Assembly: GCF_001194135.2 (NCBI RefSeq)
Contig: NC_068983.1
Location: forward strand, 48,679,007 to 48,743,006
DNA length: 64,000 nt
Direction of reading: 5' to 3'
From: Octopus bimaculoides
Lineage: Eukaryota
The position numbers were made by a program, and so were the translations under genes. A model generated the notes under the pieces. The model had not been told where the DNA came from, made no database searches, and saw nothing but the letters and a program-made list of their open reading frames with translations. The stretch's first letter is position 1. The number at the start of each line of letters is the position of its first letter. Shown here piece after piece: positions 1 to 11,714 of this stretch.

Positions 1-245
1 TCTTTTTGTCGGGGAGTGATGCAGAGAGAAGAGAACAGCTTGTTATTTTTTTTCCGACATTTTTCAGATATGAAACGTGTGAAATGTGAAAATGGAAGTT
101 TTTCAAACGAAGAATTCACCCCTAAATGGGGGAAATCTCGCCTAACCGACTAGCTCCGCAAGAACCTAGTCGGCTTGGCTACAACAATATATAAAATTTA
201 AAACAGATTTCAAAAGATTTCCGGGTAAAAACGGCAACAACTTAC

Positions 246-281
246 AGAGCTTCGGGAGACACGTCCATCCGCTTGAACAAC

Positions 282-316
<35 letters not shown>

Positions 317-497
317 TAATTGTAATAATAACAATAATAATGATAATTGTAATAATAATAATAATAATGATAATTGTAACAGTAATAATAATAATGATAA
401 TGATAATTGTAACAGTAATAATAATAGTAATAATAATGCCAAGTCGGAGTAGGAACAATTTGAATGGATCAACCTCAATAGCTGGCTCGTGCGTCAT
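246..497 (-). CDS. Candidate coding exon (exon 246-507) of an unidentified secreted or membrane protein; N-terminal hydrophobic segment with poly-Ile expansion; gene continues off the left edge
   Basis: Minus strand: acceptor ttctttccttcag|A at 507, ATG at 497 in context GGAAAAATG, donor TCT|GTAAGT after 246. Only one frame is open across the exon: MTHEPAIEVDPFKLFLLRLG-(I/T/V)52-VVQADGRVSRSS, 84 codons, phase 0. VQA|DG resembles a signal peptidase site. Confidence 0.6.
282..437. repeat. Interrupted (AAT)n/(ATT)n trinucleotide repeat, 156 bp, inside the candidate exon
   Basis: Directly visible; contains higher-order sub-units such as aatgataattgtaacagt. Confidence 0.95.
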
Positions 498-2641
498 TTT
501 TCCGGCTCTGAAGGAAAGAATATCGAAACTTGTTTGGAAAGGATTTGAACATAGAACCTAACGATAGAATGTGTGTAAAACTTTCTTTCGTTTCTTTAAG
601 TCCACAATATTTAACTAATTCTGCAATATGCTTCTAGTTGTGAATCCCCTCTTATTTGAAGCAGACGTGTATTACTCTATTTTCTTTCCGTTATAATCTT
701 CTTGTGTTATTGATATCAAAATATTGAAAGCGCTGTGTGATTTGATAATGGCTGAAACACAAATATATTAGCTAAATACCAAACGTTCAATATCCAGCGA
801 TTGAAGATAACTAGCTTCTAACTAGAGTGATAATGTTATGAACCTGAAAGCCTTTTCCTGGACACAATTGCTTTATTTCATATAGGAAACTTCATTAATT
901 CAAAAGAGCCTTTTATCATTGAATACGTTTATCCAATTATCCCTGTCGAGCTGCTTATTATGTATTGTGACTGAATGATATTACGCAGCCAAGCATGTAA
1001 GTGGCATTGTGTATAATTAAGTGTCTAATTATAGATGATAAACAAGCTTCCAGGAAGAAATACACTTATTATCTTGAGATGATCTTGTAAATGCGGGTCG
1101 CATTTAACTATCACTTGAAGATGCAATTCTGTGACAAACAAAGCACTAAAGAGACACCTTCTCAATTTAGAATTCTGCAGTTGGTTTATCCATTGTTTTA
1201 CATTGTTCGACCTCTAAAGGCAAGATATGAATTAAATCAACAAACGTATTTACCTAAATCGTACGAATGTTTCCCTCAGAATATTCTAACACTAAACTCA
1301 ACAGTTTCAGGAATATTACGTGATAGAAGTGGTATTCGAGTTTACATTAAGTGGATTCGTGAATTATAAGAACTTATTTTCCTGACAGATTTATACATAA
1401 ATATTATGGAATTTACCCTATTACCATTTTTATTATGGAAATTGGATTATCAGGAATTAGAATAGTTTTCTGAATTATTTTCTTCAACAACTTCCTTGGC
1501 AGTTGTATGGAGAACAATATAGAGATGACATAAACATCATTGTCAGTCAAACATCGACGCTAAATCTCAACAAGATTAATTCGTTTTGTGTAAGTCAATT
1601 TACTTTCCTTGGGAATATGCATATTGTCTTAATATTCCATTTATTATATTGTGTTCATTAGTCGTGCATAAAAGAATTATCTGCGTTTCTGCTACAGATC
1701 ATCGACACAAGTTTCTTTCTTTCATATTTTATCCTAGCCATTTATCATATTTGAATTTACTGTCCTTACCTGTCCGGTTTACTACATGTACGATACAGCA
1801 AGATTTGTTTTTACAGACAAAATCATGTTGCATATTTTACAGACCAACTATACAAATGTAATTCAATGCATGTCTTATATTTATTTTTATCAATTTCCTT
1901 CTGGTATAATTGTACTAAGCACATAATTACCCTATCATAAGTATACAGCTTTGAGTAATGATCATTTTAACGAAATTGTATCACCTAAAATTAGAATAAC
2001 AATTTCATATATCTATACAAGACTACACATGATTGAAGGCAACATACAACGGAGTTGCTAAGGAGGATAAAATCCATAATTAATTGAAATTTCCAAAGGC
2101 ATAAAATTAAAAAAGGAATATATTTAATAATAAATGTTTGTCACTGTTATAATATCATAACCTTTGCAACATTTCAGTATTATAAAAGTAAATGATTTCA
2201 TTTTGCCTCTATATACAAATGAGAATAATGTTCATATATCTAGCAAAAAACAATATGAAGAGGAAATAAAGATTTTATGTCTTCGTAGGTCAAAACATAT
2301 TTGTTAGATAACATACCTAACATTTTATTGGTCCTTCATCCAATACCGGCCTTTTGTATCACACATACTTTACAATCTGGAAAGAGTGTTATGATACACT
2401 GGTCTAATTTACTGAATGCTACACGAGGAAAGCTGCTTTGTTTACAATACACTTACTATAATTAAAACGTAACAAAATTCACTGCAAATGTAAATTATTT
2501 CAAATATTGGCAAAAGACTAGCCATCCACTACTCAGCTAGCACATATTTTATCAGCATTGCATGCACGAAAGGCAATGTCGTCTTTTAACTTTATATAAT
2601 TATATATATATATATTAATATATATAAGATATCTGTATTAC

Positions 2642-2712
2642 GTGAAGGCGCATGACACAGTGGTTAGAGCGTCATGCTTACGATCTTGGGGTTGTGAGTT
2701 CGAATCCCGGAC
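2642..2712 (+). mobile_element. Isolated tRNA-derived SINE head (same family as 4291-4626)
   Basis: gtgaaggcgcatgacacagtggttagagcg...gagttcgaatcccggac with A- and B-box-like motifs; matches the first 70 nt of 4291-4626. Confidence 0.8.
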
Positions 2713-3453
2713 ATAATGTATATATATATGTATATATTGTAACGTATATATAAATTATAATTATATATATTATATATAATTATATATAATATGATATATA
2801 TATATCTATATATTATGTATATATATTATTATTGAGATTAAATTTTCACCGGCCTCCTACATGGTTGCAAGGATGAGAAAGAAAGCATCTCAGTTTCTTC
2901 ATCCTTAAGAGCTTCCAGATTTTTATAGTCCTAGTTATCGTGATCATTTGCAGTGTATGAAGTATTTGCACCGTATGTATTAATGTATGTATGTCTCTAC
3001 TTTTAATTATTATAAATCTTCTACTGAGCAGGGAACAAACATACAAGGCCCCATCGTTGGGATGTAATTAAGGGACAAATTCACATTTGGACCTTAAGGA
3101 AAGTCTTGCATAGTCTTTACTGTTCCACTCTGTTTCCACTTGCAATGTACGAATTAGCCGGTCGATTTCTCCTTCTGAAAATCCGAATATGTATGTATAT
3201 ATGCATTCAGTTTTATTTTAAGATTTGTTGCCAACTCAAACAGATCCGGTTTCAAACCTAGACCGAAGACTTTTTCAATGGAATGTCATCACCATTAACA
3301 GGAAATTTTTGTATGTATATGTGTACAATTTTGAATGTCTTACTTTATGTATGTCTACACATGCATATACATACTTAAATGACAAACTTCTGGAACGTTG
3401 CACAGTTTTACAGTTCCAGTGATGGTTTAGATCTACGTATGTAGTTGTGTATG

Positions 3454-3485
<32 letters not shown>

Positions 3486-3784
3486 CTCACATACTGCATG
3501 TGCATGCGTGTGTGTGTGAGTATATTTTCATATATGTTTATAAACATATTTACATGTATGTGTGTATGGACGTAGTAGACCGTTCTCACCCGCCAGTGAT
3601 ATAAACGCGATTAATTTTATGTGCCACAATGACATATGAGAGTTTCTCTAATGGTAAATAATGCGGTATTTTGTGTTGTAGACAGGACACCCAATTGAAT
3701 TGAGAGATAGATATTATCTTTTGTTATTAATACCGCTTCAGTCGCTATTATTTATTTTTTAATAAGTCCACTGGTTGTTTGCGA

Positions 3785-3883
3785 CGCCATCTCCCGAAAA
3801 GAGACTGAACATTCTATATATATTGCTGATGGAAAAATTGGCTGCCATCGGCTTTTCTGCACCGCAAGACTACATGGGCGGGG
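3785..3883 (-). promoter_or_regulatory. Candidate core promoter for the minus-strand gene
   Basis: In minus-strand order: GC box (GGGCGGGG 3876-3883), AGCCAAT (3837-3843), TATATATA (about 3816-3823), TCAGT, YY1-like AGATGGCG (3785-3792), in a CpG-richer patch. Motif evidence only. Confidence 0.3.
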
Positions 3884-4290
3884 TGTCCTTTGCAGTAAAC
3901 AACGCAGTATTCGTTGATCTAACGCAACAACCACTTGAAGCAGAAGATAAATATTACCTTTTACTTTTCGCTATTGATACTAATTCTGTTGCGATTACTT
4001 ATTTACTCTGTTACTCGTTTGAGCCATGCGATTGTGGTCATGTTAGAGCATCGCAATGATCTTTCTGATTTTTTGTGTCTGGGGTGTTTCACAATCACCA
4101 CTGCTGTATGTGCCTTGTCACAGCTGTAGGTCCATTTAATATATAAGGGAGTTTGATTTCGCTGTCCACGTTTGTATCTCATGTCGGGCTGTTAGTTCAT
4201 CTGGTATTGTGGAGAAGAGGATGTTTAGTTCATTTTGAAAATATCTACTTCCACCGTATGTACCACACAAACACACACACACAGACGTGT

Positions 4291-4626
4291 GTGAAGGCGC
4301 ATGGCTCAGTTGTTAGAGCGTCGAGCTTATGATCGTGAGGTTGTGAGTTCGAATGCCGGACCGGGCTGCGTGTTGAGTTCTTGAGCAAGACACTTTATTT
4401 CACGTTGCTCCAGTTCACTCAGTTGTTGAAATTATTTGCGACATCACTGATATCAAGCTGTATCGGCCCCTTTGCCTTTCCCTTGGATAACACTGGTGGC
4501 GTGGGGAGGGGAGGCCGTTATGCATGGGCGACTGCTGGTTTTCTATAAACACCCTTGCTCTGATTTGTGCCTGGGAGGGTAACTTTCTAGGTACAATCCC
4601 ACGGACAGTCATGACCGAAGGGTCTC
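4291..4626 (+). mobile_element. Near full-length tRNA-derived SINE with CORE-like central domain
   Basis: tRNA-like head with A/B boxes, then ttgagcaagacactttatttcacgttgctccagttcactcag (CORE-like) and a tail ending gaccgaagggtctc. Confidence 0.85.
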
Positions 4627-4959
4627 AGCATATATATAGATGTGTGTGAATCTGTAGGTGTGCATATATATCTACACACATATATATATACGCATAGGAC
4701 ACATACACATACGCACTCACACAGATGTGTATGTATGTATGTATGTATGTATGTATGTATGTATTTGTAAGTTAACGTGCAAAGCAGTGACGAAGAATAA
4801 AATTGGTTAAAGCATCTGCATAATATGTTAGAGAGCTATTTAAAGCTCTAAAGGCTTTCCACTACAATTTGCCGTGACGAAAACTGTTAAAATCTTGTAG
4901 CTTAGCCCTACATGGCCTGCTAATTGCTCTGGAAACAGGGAATAATTTTAAGGACACAC

Positions 4960-5185
4960 TGGGTGGGACCAGAATAATTAGACGCAACATTGGGATGAAA
5001 TTATTTAGGCCCGGAATCTTTAGCCTAACTGAAGAGATAACACTGAAGTTGCCTAACTTATATAGTTCTGCCAAGGAACAGCATAACCCCAATGGGTAAG
5101 CTTCGGCGTAGAATTAGACTCGTAATATGGTACAGCCCACCGTTTTCTGGTATCGTCAAAACTAATATCTCCCAAACTTTTCTTT
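4960..5185 (+). mobile_element. Penelope-like element fragment (RT C-terminus/linker)
   Basis: Translates RRRIRLVIWYSPPFSGIVKTNISQTFL, matching the PLE motif R.R.IIWFNPP(F/Y)S..VKTNI...FL. Confidence 0.7.
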
Positions 5186-5289
5186 CATACACTGAACTGG
5201 TGCATGTCTCCCAATATGTATGGGTGTGTGCGCTTGCGCGCTTGTGTGTCCGAGTGTATATAACTGTGTGCGTTTGTGTAAGAGAACAT

Positions 5290-5420
5290 GACCGGGTATG
5301 TAGTGTGTTCCAATCCCGATAGTGAGATCGTAGGTCCGATTCCCAGACCAAGTGACGAGTTCTTGAGCAAATAACTTAACGTAATTTCACGTTGCTCTGG
5401 GACCACATGGACATCTGACG
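5290..5420 (+). mobile_element. Degenerate CORE-like SINE fragment
   Basis: gttcttgagcaaataacttaacgtaatttcacgttgctctgg resembles the central domain of 4291-4626. Confidence 0.55.
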
Positions 5421-6316
5421 TAAGCAACACCGTACAGTGATATCGATTTGATGGTGGATGTGCACCATGGAGATTTCATTCCTAGAAACCAATCGTGTAT
5501 GTTAACTGTTGAGCAAGAACTTGCAGAACTCGGATTCGAGAGACTACCACTACATGACATTTCACACTCTCTCTCTCTCTCTGTATATACATGTATGTAT
5601 GTGTCTATGTTTGTTTGCGTGTGCTCACGCGTTTGTGTGTGTATGTATGGGTAACTTTTTATTTCGTTGAAGACTTACATATGCCAATGCATGCATGATT
5701 CCTCTCAACACGCCTCTGATGTTGTTCAACTATATTTGGCCATATTACAGTCGAAACAACTTTATATACATTACCGTGTCAGACATAATTGCAAATAGGG
5801 AGAACAGCCAAGATGCTGTAACGGTTCTGCAAAAACGACACTGCATTTGTAATATATTATCAAAAGCAAAACTACGAAAGGCAACGGTGTGTTAGTTGAG
5901 ATTTGAAATCAGATCGTAAGCAATCGAAGCAAATGCCGTGAGTTATTCTATTAACCACTAATAATTCTGCTAATTTGCTACACACACATACACCACCAAG
6001 TAATGTGTACACACATCTGTCTGTATTTTTTGTTATTTATTTATTTATATGTGTGTGTGTATGTATATATATATATATATATATATACACGTATATATAT
6101 TATAGTTATATATATACATATATATTATAGTTATATATATATACGTACATATATTATAGTTATATTACATAATTATAAAGATGTCGGTGTGTGTGTGTAT
6201 ACATATATACACACAAGTGTATGTATATATAAGTATGTATATATATATATATATAAGCATACATATATAAATGTATATATAATTATATATATAACATACC
6301 TGTATATGTATGTGTG

Positions 6317-6351
<35 letters not shown>

Positions 6352-7641
6352 CATCACAAACACACACACTTATCTGTAAACAGAATGTATAGAAATGGGA
6401 GCTGAGATAGAGAGACAGACACATAATTACAAGTCCCAAATTAGCATTTCCAATTAACGAATGATTTTCTTTTGTGATATGTGAAGCGGTATTTCCTCTA
6501 TACTTTCGGTTCAGTTTTGGCGAGGAATTACAATGAATTACCAGACACTAAATACATTCAAAAACAAAATAAATCAAAAACAGTGCGAGAGATAGATAGA
6601 AATATTGGTAAATATAAAGAGACAGTAAAATAGTCAGAGAAAGCGAGGGAGAAAGAGAGACAATGATAAACTTATTAATATTCCACAAGGGAATTCGGTG
6701 GCCAAAATGTCTCACTTTTCTACTTCACTATAACAGTGATATAGATTTTCTCCATGTGTATATGACTGCACCCTTAAGTCCGTTTGAATATGCGTGCCTA
6801 TATGTGCGAGAATGTGGTTTTGTGTATGTAATCAAAATTGTGAATGTGCTTCTAGGTTTTCTTTCTTATAATGTTGTGAAATACTGTATATAATCTGTTG
6901 TAACAAGTTTAGTCACTTTAGACTTCAATCTGATCAAAGTCTTACATTATAGAACACGGTAAAAACAAATTAAGATTCTATGCGTCATACTATCATACTC
7001 TCTTCATTGCCTCCATAATGTTTATACCAGGATTTATAACAATAAATTTTGCGCCTTTCTTATCAGTTTCAGACGTTACAAGTGGTGTTTGTTTATTCCA
7101 AATATTTAGAACATGATGTTATGATGTTCCTGAGATATAAATATTATCATACAATACATTGAGATATAGCAAAGTACAGAATTTTTAATACAATTTCTGC
7201 TGGATTTTCGATGTTTATAACATATAAAACATGGTCTCTTAATGTTAACAGCAAAAGATTTAGTAAGTGTAAGTAAACAAAATTGTTCAGAAAATTTTAT
7301 TATTGAATTATAAAATTATACATACACTACACAAATCACAAAATTCATCGCACCGTCATTTTTCATTTCATTCGTTATGTGCTGATAGAGAGAAATGACA
7401 TTGTACTATATATAGATATGTCGTTCTCAGAAGTGTTAGCGACATAATCTTCGAACAATGTTCATAAACCACCACACAATGCTTCACTGTAAATATACAT
7501 AATTATTCTACAAAAATGCTGTTGACAGTAACTTCGAAGTTCCGGCCAGCTAACCGTCATTGCATTCTTGAATAGTATGTATGGTGTAACCAAAAAGTTT
7601 AGTGTAAAATTGTTTTTATTACAGCTAAACACACACGCACA

Positions 7642-7683
<42 letters not shown>

Positions 7684-7959
7684 GCATGTATGTATATAAA
7701 TCCGAAATTTTTTTGTTATGAAGACAGATGCGGCGACTCCTTACAAATCAATTCATTTACAAATGACTAATTCTTTCATGTCTGTAGATCCTCTGTATTG
7801 GAAGATATCAACTTTCAAGAAATCATGCTTTGAAAATAAGGTCACTGTTTTTTTTTACCACATAACCAAGGAAAAAATATATTTTAGCGCTGAGCATTTT
7901 TCACGAGATTAAATTTACCAAGATTACTTTGGGTTCAAGGCTTGCAGATAATAAAATTC

Positions 7960-8470
7960 TAAACTTCTATATCGAGCCATCTGAATTTCGCAAGGCAGTT
8001 CTCTATTATATTATACGTGATCTCAATATCAGAAACATGGTGAAACGCAGAAATTCAATCCTGGTTGACGATGATTTCTATTGGGTGAAGAAATAAGGCG
8101 ATCCCTACACGGGTAGGGACCATTACTTGGAAGACGGCCTGGCAATCTCAACCCATTATGAACGCCCACACCTTGGACAAGTTTGGAATAACCTCATAAA
8201 TATGTTCAAACATTTTGACCTTTCCATAACTTACCAGCAGCTTGACCACCGTGGGCATCCTAGAGGTGATCCTTCACCTAAAAACGGTGAAGTACTTCTA
8301 TTACAAGCAACCCAATGAGGAAACCGAGATCATCCACGATAACTTAAACCACTCACCTCCGTTGTTATTTGAAACTTAACTTCAGTCATTAATGGAAGAA
8401 AATCTGACCTTTCAGACGACAGGGATACATTCCACAAGACCGCCTCCACACCACCACTGTTTCTGGGGAC
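7960..8470 (+). mobile_element. Penelope-like reverse transcriptase remnant (frameshifted, internally deleted)
   Basis: Pieces RNSILVDDDFYWVKK; YLEDGLAI...NLINMFKHFDLSIT; LTTVGILEVILHLKTVKYFYYKQPNEETEIIHDNLNHSP parallel the PLE RT motifs RKSLLF...WVKK, YRDDGL, VDFLDVTL.L.TG.Y.PY.KPN...YIH..SNHPP. Confidence 0.85.
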
Positions 8471-10803
8471 TCGCTGATCCTAAATAATTATTTTAAATTA
8501 ATTTCATCGTCGGATGAGAGTGGTGTCCACATCTTTCCATCTTTAATCTCCTTACTGTCATCACCTCAAATGTAAGATTTCTTCCTTGAAGATAGAGGTT
8601 CGTCTCCTCCGACGATGGTATCATTATTTTAGACCATCCAGCACCCAGAAACGGCTGTTTGATTTTTGACACTTTTCTCCAACCCCTTTAATTCGTATGT
8701 CAGTGTATCGATTTTAGATTACCTGTCCCACTCCTCATTCAGCTGACATCCCTGGAAATTTAAATCTCATTCAGATGAAGGAGAAGGGATAAAATTATTT
8801 TCATCTGAACCTATATGATTTCAGATCGTCTTCCATATCCTTCCCCAATTCCCTAAAATGTTCTTCAGCTCAGCATCAAATTTATGTGTGTGTTTGTGTG
8901 TGTACACGCGCGCGCGATTGCGAATGTGTGTGTGTGTGTGTGTGCAAACACGAAAAGCGTTCGCCCATGTGTGTATTAGTTACAACTATGAGAATTATAG
9001 AGAATTACTTTTGAGCGTGCGCTTTATTTGTTTAAGTTGAAAATGTCGCATTTAAAGTCTATATATTTTTGTCTAATAATTGTTTATGCATATATTTTGT
9101 TTCGTATATAAATATATTTAGCTTGCATTTTAAGTATGTGTATGAATATATTTTGTTTTGTATAGCATATATTTCCAATGCTAGTTTGTTATTCAAAAAA
9201 TAATTTTAGTTCAAAAAATATATGCAAACTCAGAGAATCTTTGGTGTTTGTTCTTAAATGCATTATATAAATGTAAGGGGATATACTAGAAAAACTATAT
9301 TGAAAAAAAAACATTGCTGCTTCTAACACATGTGATCGTATAAATTGTTTTCCGTTGATATGTTGTACATTTTAGGATAAACAACGTTATATAAATACAC
9401 AACTAGAAATATACAAAGATAGGAAATTTGAATTTGTTTTTTTTAATTTTCGTATTCCTGTGTATTATGATCTACGAAAACACAAACAATGGAAGTTATA
9501 ACAAAGGAATTAGCTATCAAAATATATAGACAAAAAATATCTGGAAAAAGAGGAAAAAAGACTAATATATTAAGCAGTATGATCTCACATCTAAGCTTTT
9601 CAAAACTGCCCACAACATATTAAAATTAATCGTTTATCTGAAAAAGAAGAAAAAGTAACAATTATAGAACTCACTTTAAAATTTCAATTTTAGAGGATTT
9701 TCTAAGCTATGGAGACTTTAATAATTGCTTTCTTTTAAAATAAGTTACATTTTTTTCCAGCTACTTTTTAAGCAACATTATCGTGCAGGTATTGCATAAT
9801 TCCTGATAGGTTTATCATGAATATGTCTGGCTATTAGTTGGTAAGCTGCTCATAAATATGGATAAAATTATAAATATAAGGTGTAAATATATGGCTCATT
9901 TCAAGGCTAAGTACCTTAACATATTAAATAAATAATATTACATTTTTGTTTTCAAAGTTGTTAGAGTAACTTCCTTTGATTTTGATTAAACTGAGAATCA
10001 AAATAGCCATGATAAATTTAAATTACTCGCCAAATTAAATAAAACTTCTACCATAGGACTTGCTAGCACGTGTCGTAGATTACACTTTCTAGTTCGTGTA
10101 CAAAATTTCAAACAAGAAGGTAAGTTGTTTGAAAAAATACGGAAACAAAAGAACACGTGTTGCTTAATATAAATGAAATGAATAGAATGTATCACATCTA
10201 TCATATATACTTTCTTAACATCAAATAATTCCATGCTTGATAATACACTGCCAATGAAAATGCAGAAAAATCAGTAAACAACTGTTATCTCAATGTACAA
10301 CAATATATTGATATACGTTTGATAATACTCTAAATAAATTACAAAGTGTCGAAGGGAGTTGAAGATTGTAGCTTATAATTAGTTTAATACTTCGTGAGAA
10401 TTCTATAAGTAAAGAGGGGAAATTTATTGTATTTATTCTGTGTTAACTTACTTCTTCAAATCACACTTTGTTTCATCTAACTTTACAGCAGGTGAAAATA
10501 TGTGGAACTGGATTTTTTTTTTCTATTCTAAAATTGGCAATAAATAGATTCCGTCTAAGATTGCGTGTTTTATGAAGATGTTTACATTGAAACACATGTA
10601 GAGGCAAACAGATACATAGAAAAGTATGTAAACTTCCAAATTTATTTAAACTGAGAATTTTGTCGAAATACGAATTCAAATTTATTAACCTCTAAACCGT
10701 GAATTTGATGCTAAATTCGTATTCTATTTATAAACTGGGACGTACGTTAGCACATATATACACTCATGCAAGCATACAAATTCACGCACAGGCAGACATA
10801 CGG

Positions 10804-10911
10804 AGGCAGACAGACGGGCACAGGCAGACAGACGGGCACAGGCAGACAGACGGGCACAGGCAGACAGACGGGTACAGGCAGACAGACAGGCGCAGGCAGA
10901 CAGACAGGCAC
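10804..10911 (+). repeat. GC-rich minisatellite, 6 x 18 bp (AGGCAGACAGACGGGCAC)
   Basis: Three identical units followed by three variant units, contiguous with no spacers. Confidence 0.95.
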
Positions 10912-11714
10912 GCACACACAGGCATGCAGTGACAAGCAGGCGCAGGCAGCACTCGCTCACTCGTATATGTATGTATGTAGTTTTCCAACAATGATCATCT
11001 CTGCTTTTGCGGGATATTTATTATTAAATTATCTGAAACATTCTTTACAAAAAGTTTGATAATGTACTCGAGTGTCGTCATAAAGCTCTCATTGTGTCCA
11101 GTGCTTGATTTGTTCTGGATGTTAAACCAAATCGTGACAGATACGTTGGTCTGCTGGCGAAAGCCATTGATTCTCTTCGTGTATAATTGGTGGACCAACA
11201 AATTATACACGATTAGACTATTAATATTTCACGTATGTTGTGAGCTGAATGATAAACCTAGTATTATTATTGTTGTTGCAATGTCGTAACTGAAGGGTGT
11301 CTGGCGTTATGGATAAGGTAGAGATGTAGCATTAACGTGTTTTGTGTTTGTTAGTAACAAACTTTGTCTGCAGTAAGGCTAGGTATTCTGTCACCGGTGA
11401 TGTTTCTCTATTAATATTATAGCTTGATTTCAATTGCATGTTTTGAAAATGTTTGCAACAGAGCAGAAATTCATTAAGTAAAAGTTCATTTCGTAAATCC
11501 TAATAATAGCATTGAGACGCACCACTAAATATTCAACACGTGTATCGTGTCACTGAAGGGGCTGTGCAATCCTGCTTTGCTTGAGCTTTAGGATATTGCA
11601 AAACATATATATGCTAATATATAAAAATATATAAATATACCCGATATATTTAAATATGGATCTAATAGTAAGATGTGGATAATCATATATATATATGCAG
11701 TTCTATATCGATAG

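Noticed and set aside
242-478. Poly-Leu ORF overlapping the candidate exon
   Set aside because: Same repeat in another frame; that frame has a TGA just after the acceptor and no ATG start.
900-1830. GPCR-like snippets (YIVRPLKARY; TCPVYYMY) on the plus strand
   Set aside because: Stop density (about 5 in 80 codons) looks like random AT-rich DNA and the motifs need several frame changes; not supportable without a profile search.
2642-2712. tRNA-like heads (also 4291, 28185-28257, 30818-30892, 53993) as functional tRNA genes
   Set aside because: Acceptor stems do not pair properly and the sequences continue into SINE bodies.
10804-10911. Regular repeat as a CRISPR array
   Set aside because: Contiguous tandem units with no unique spacers, no cas genes, eukaryotic context.
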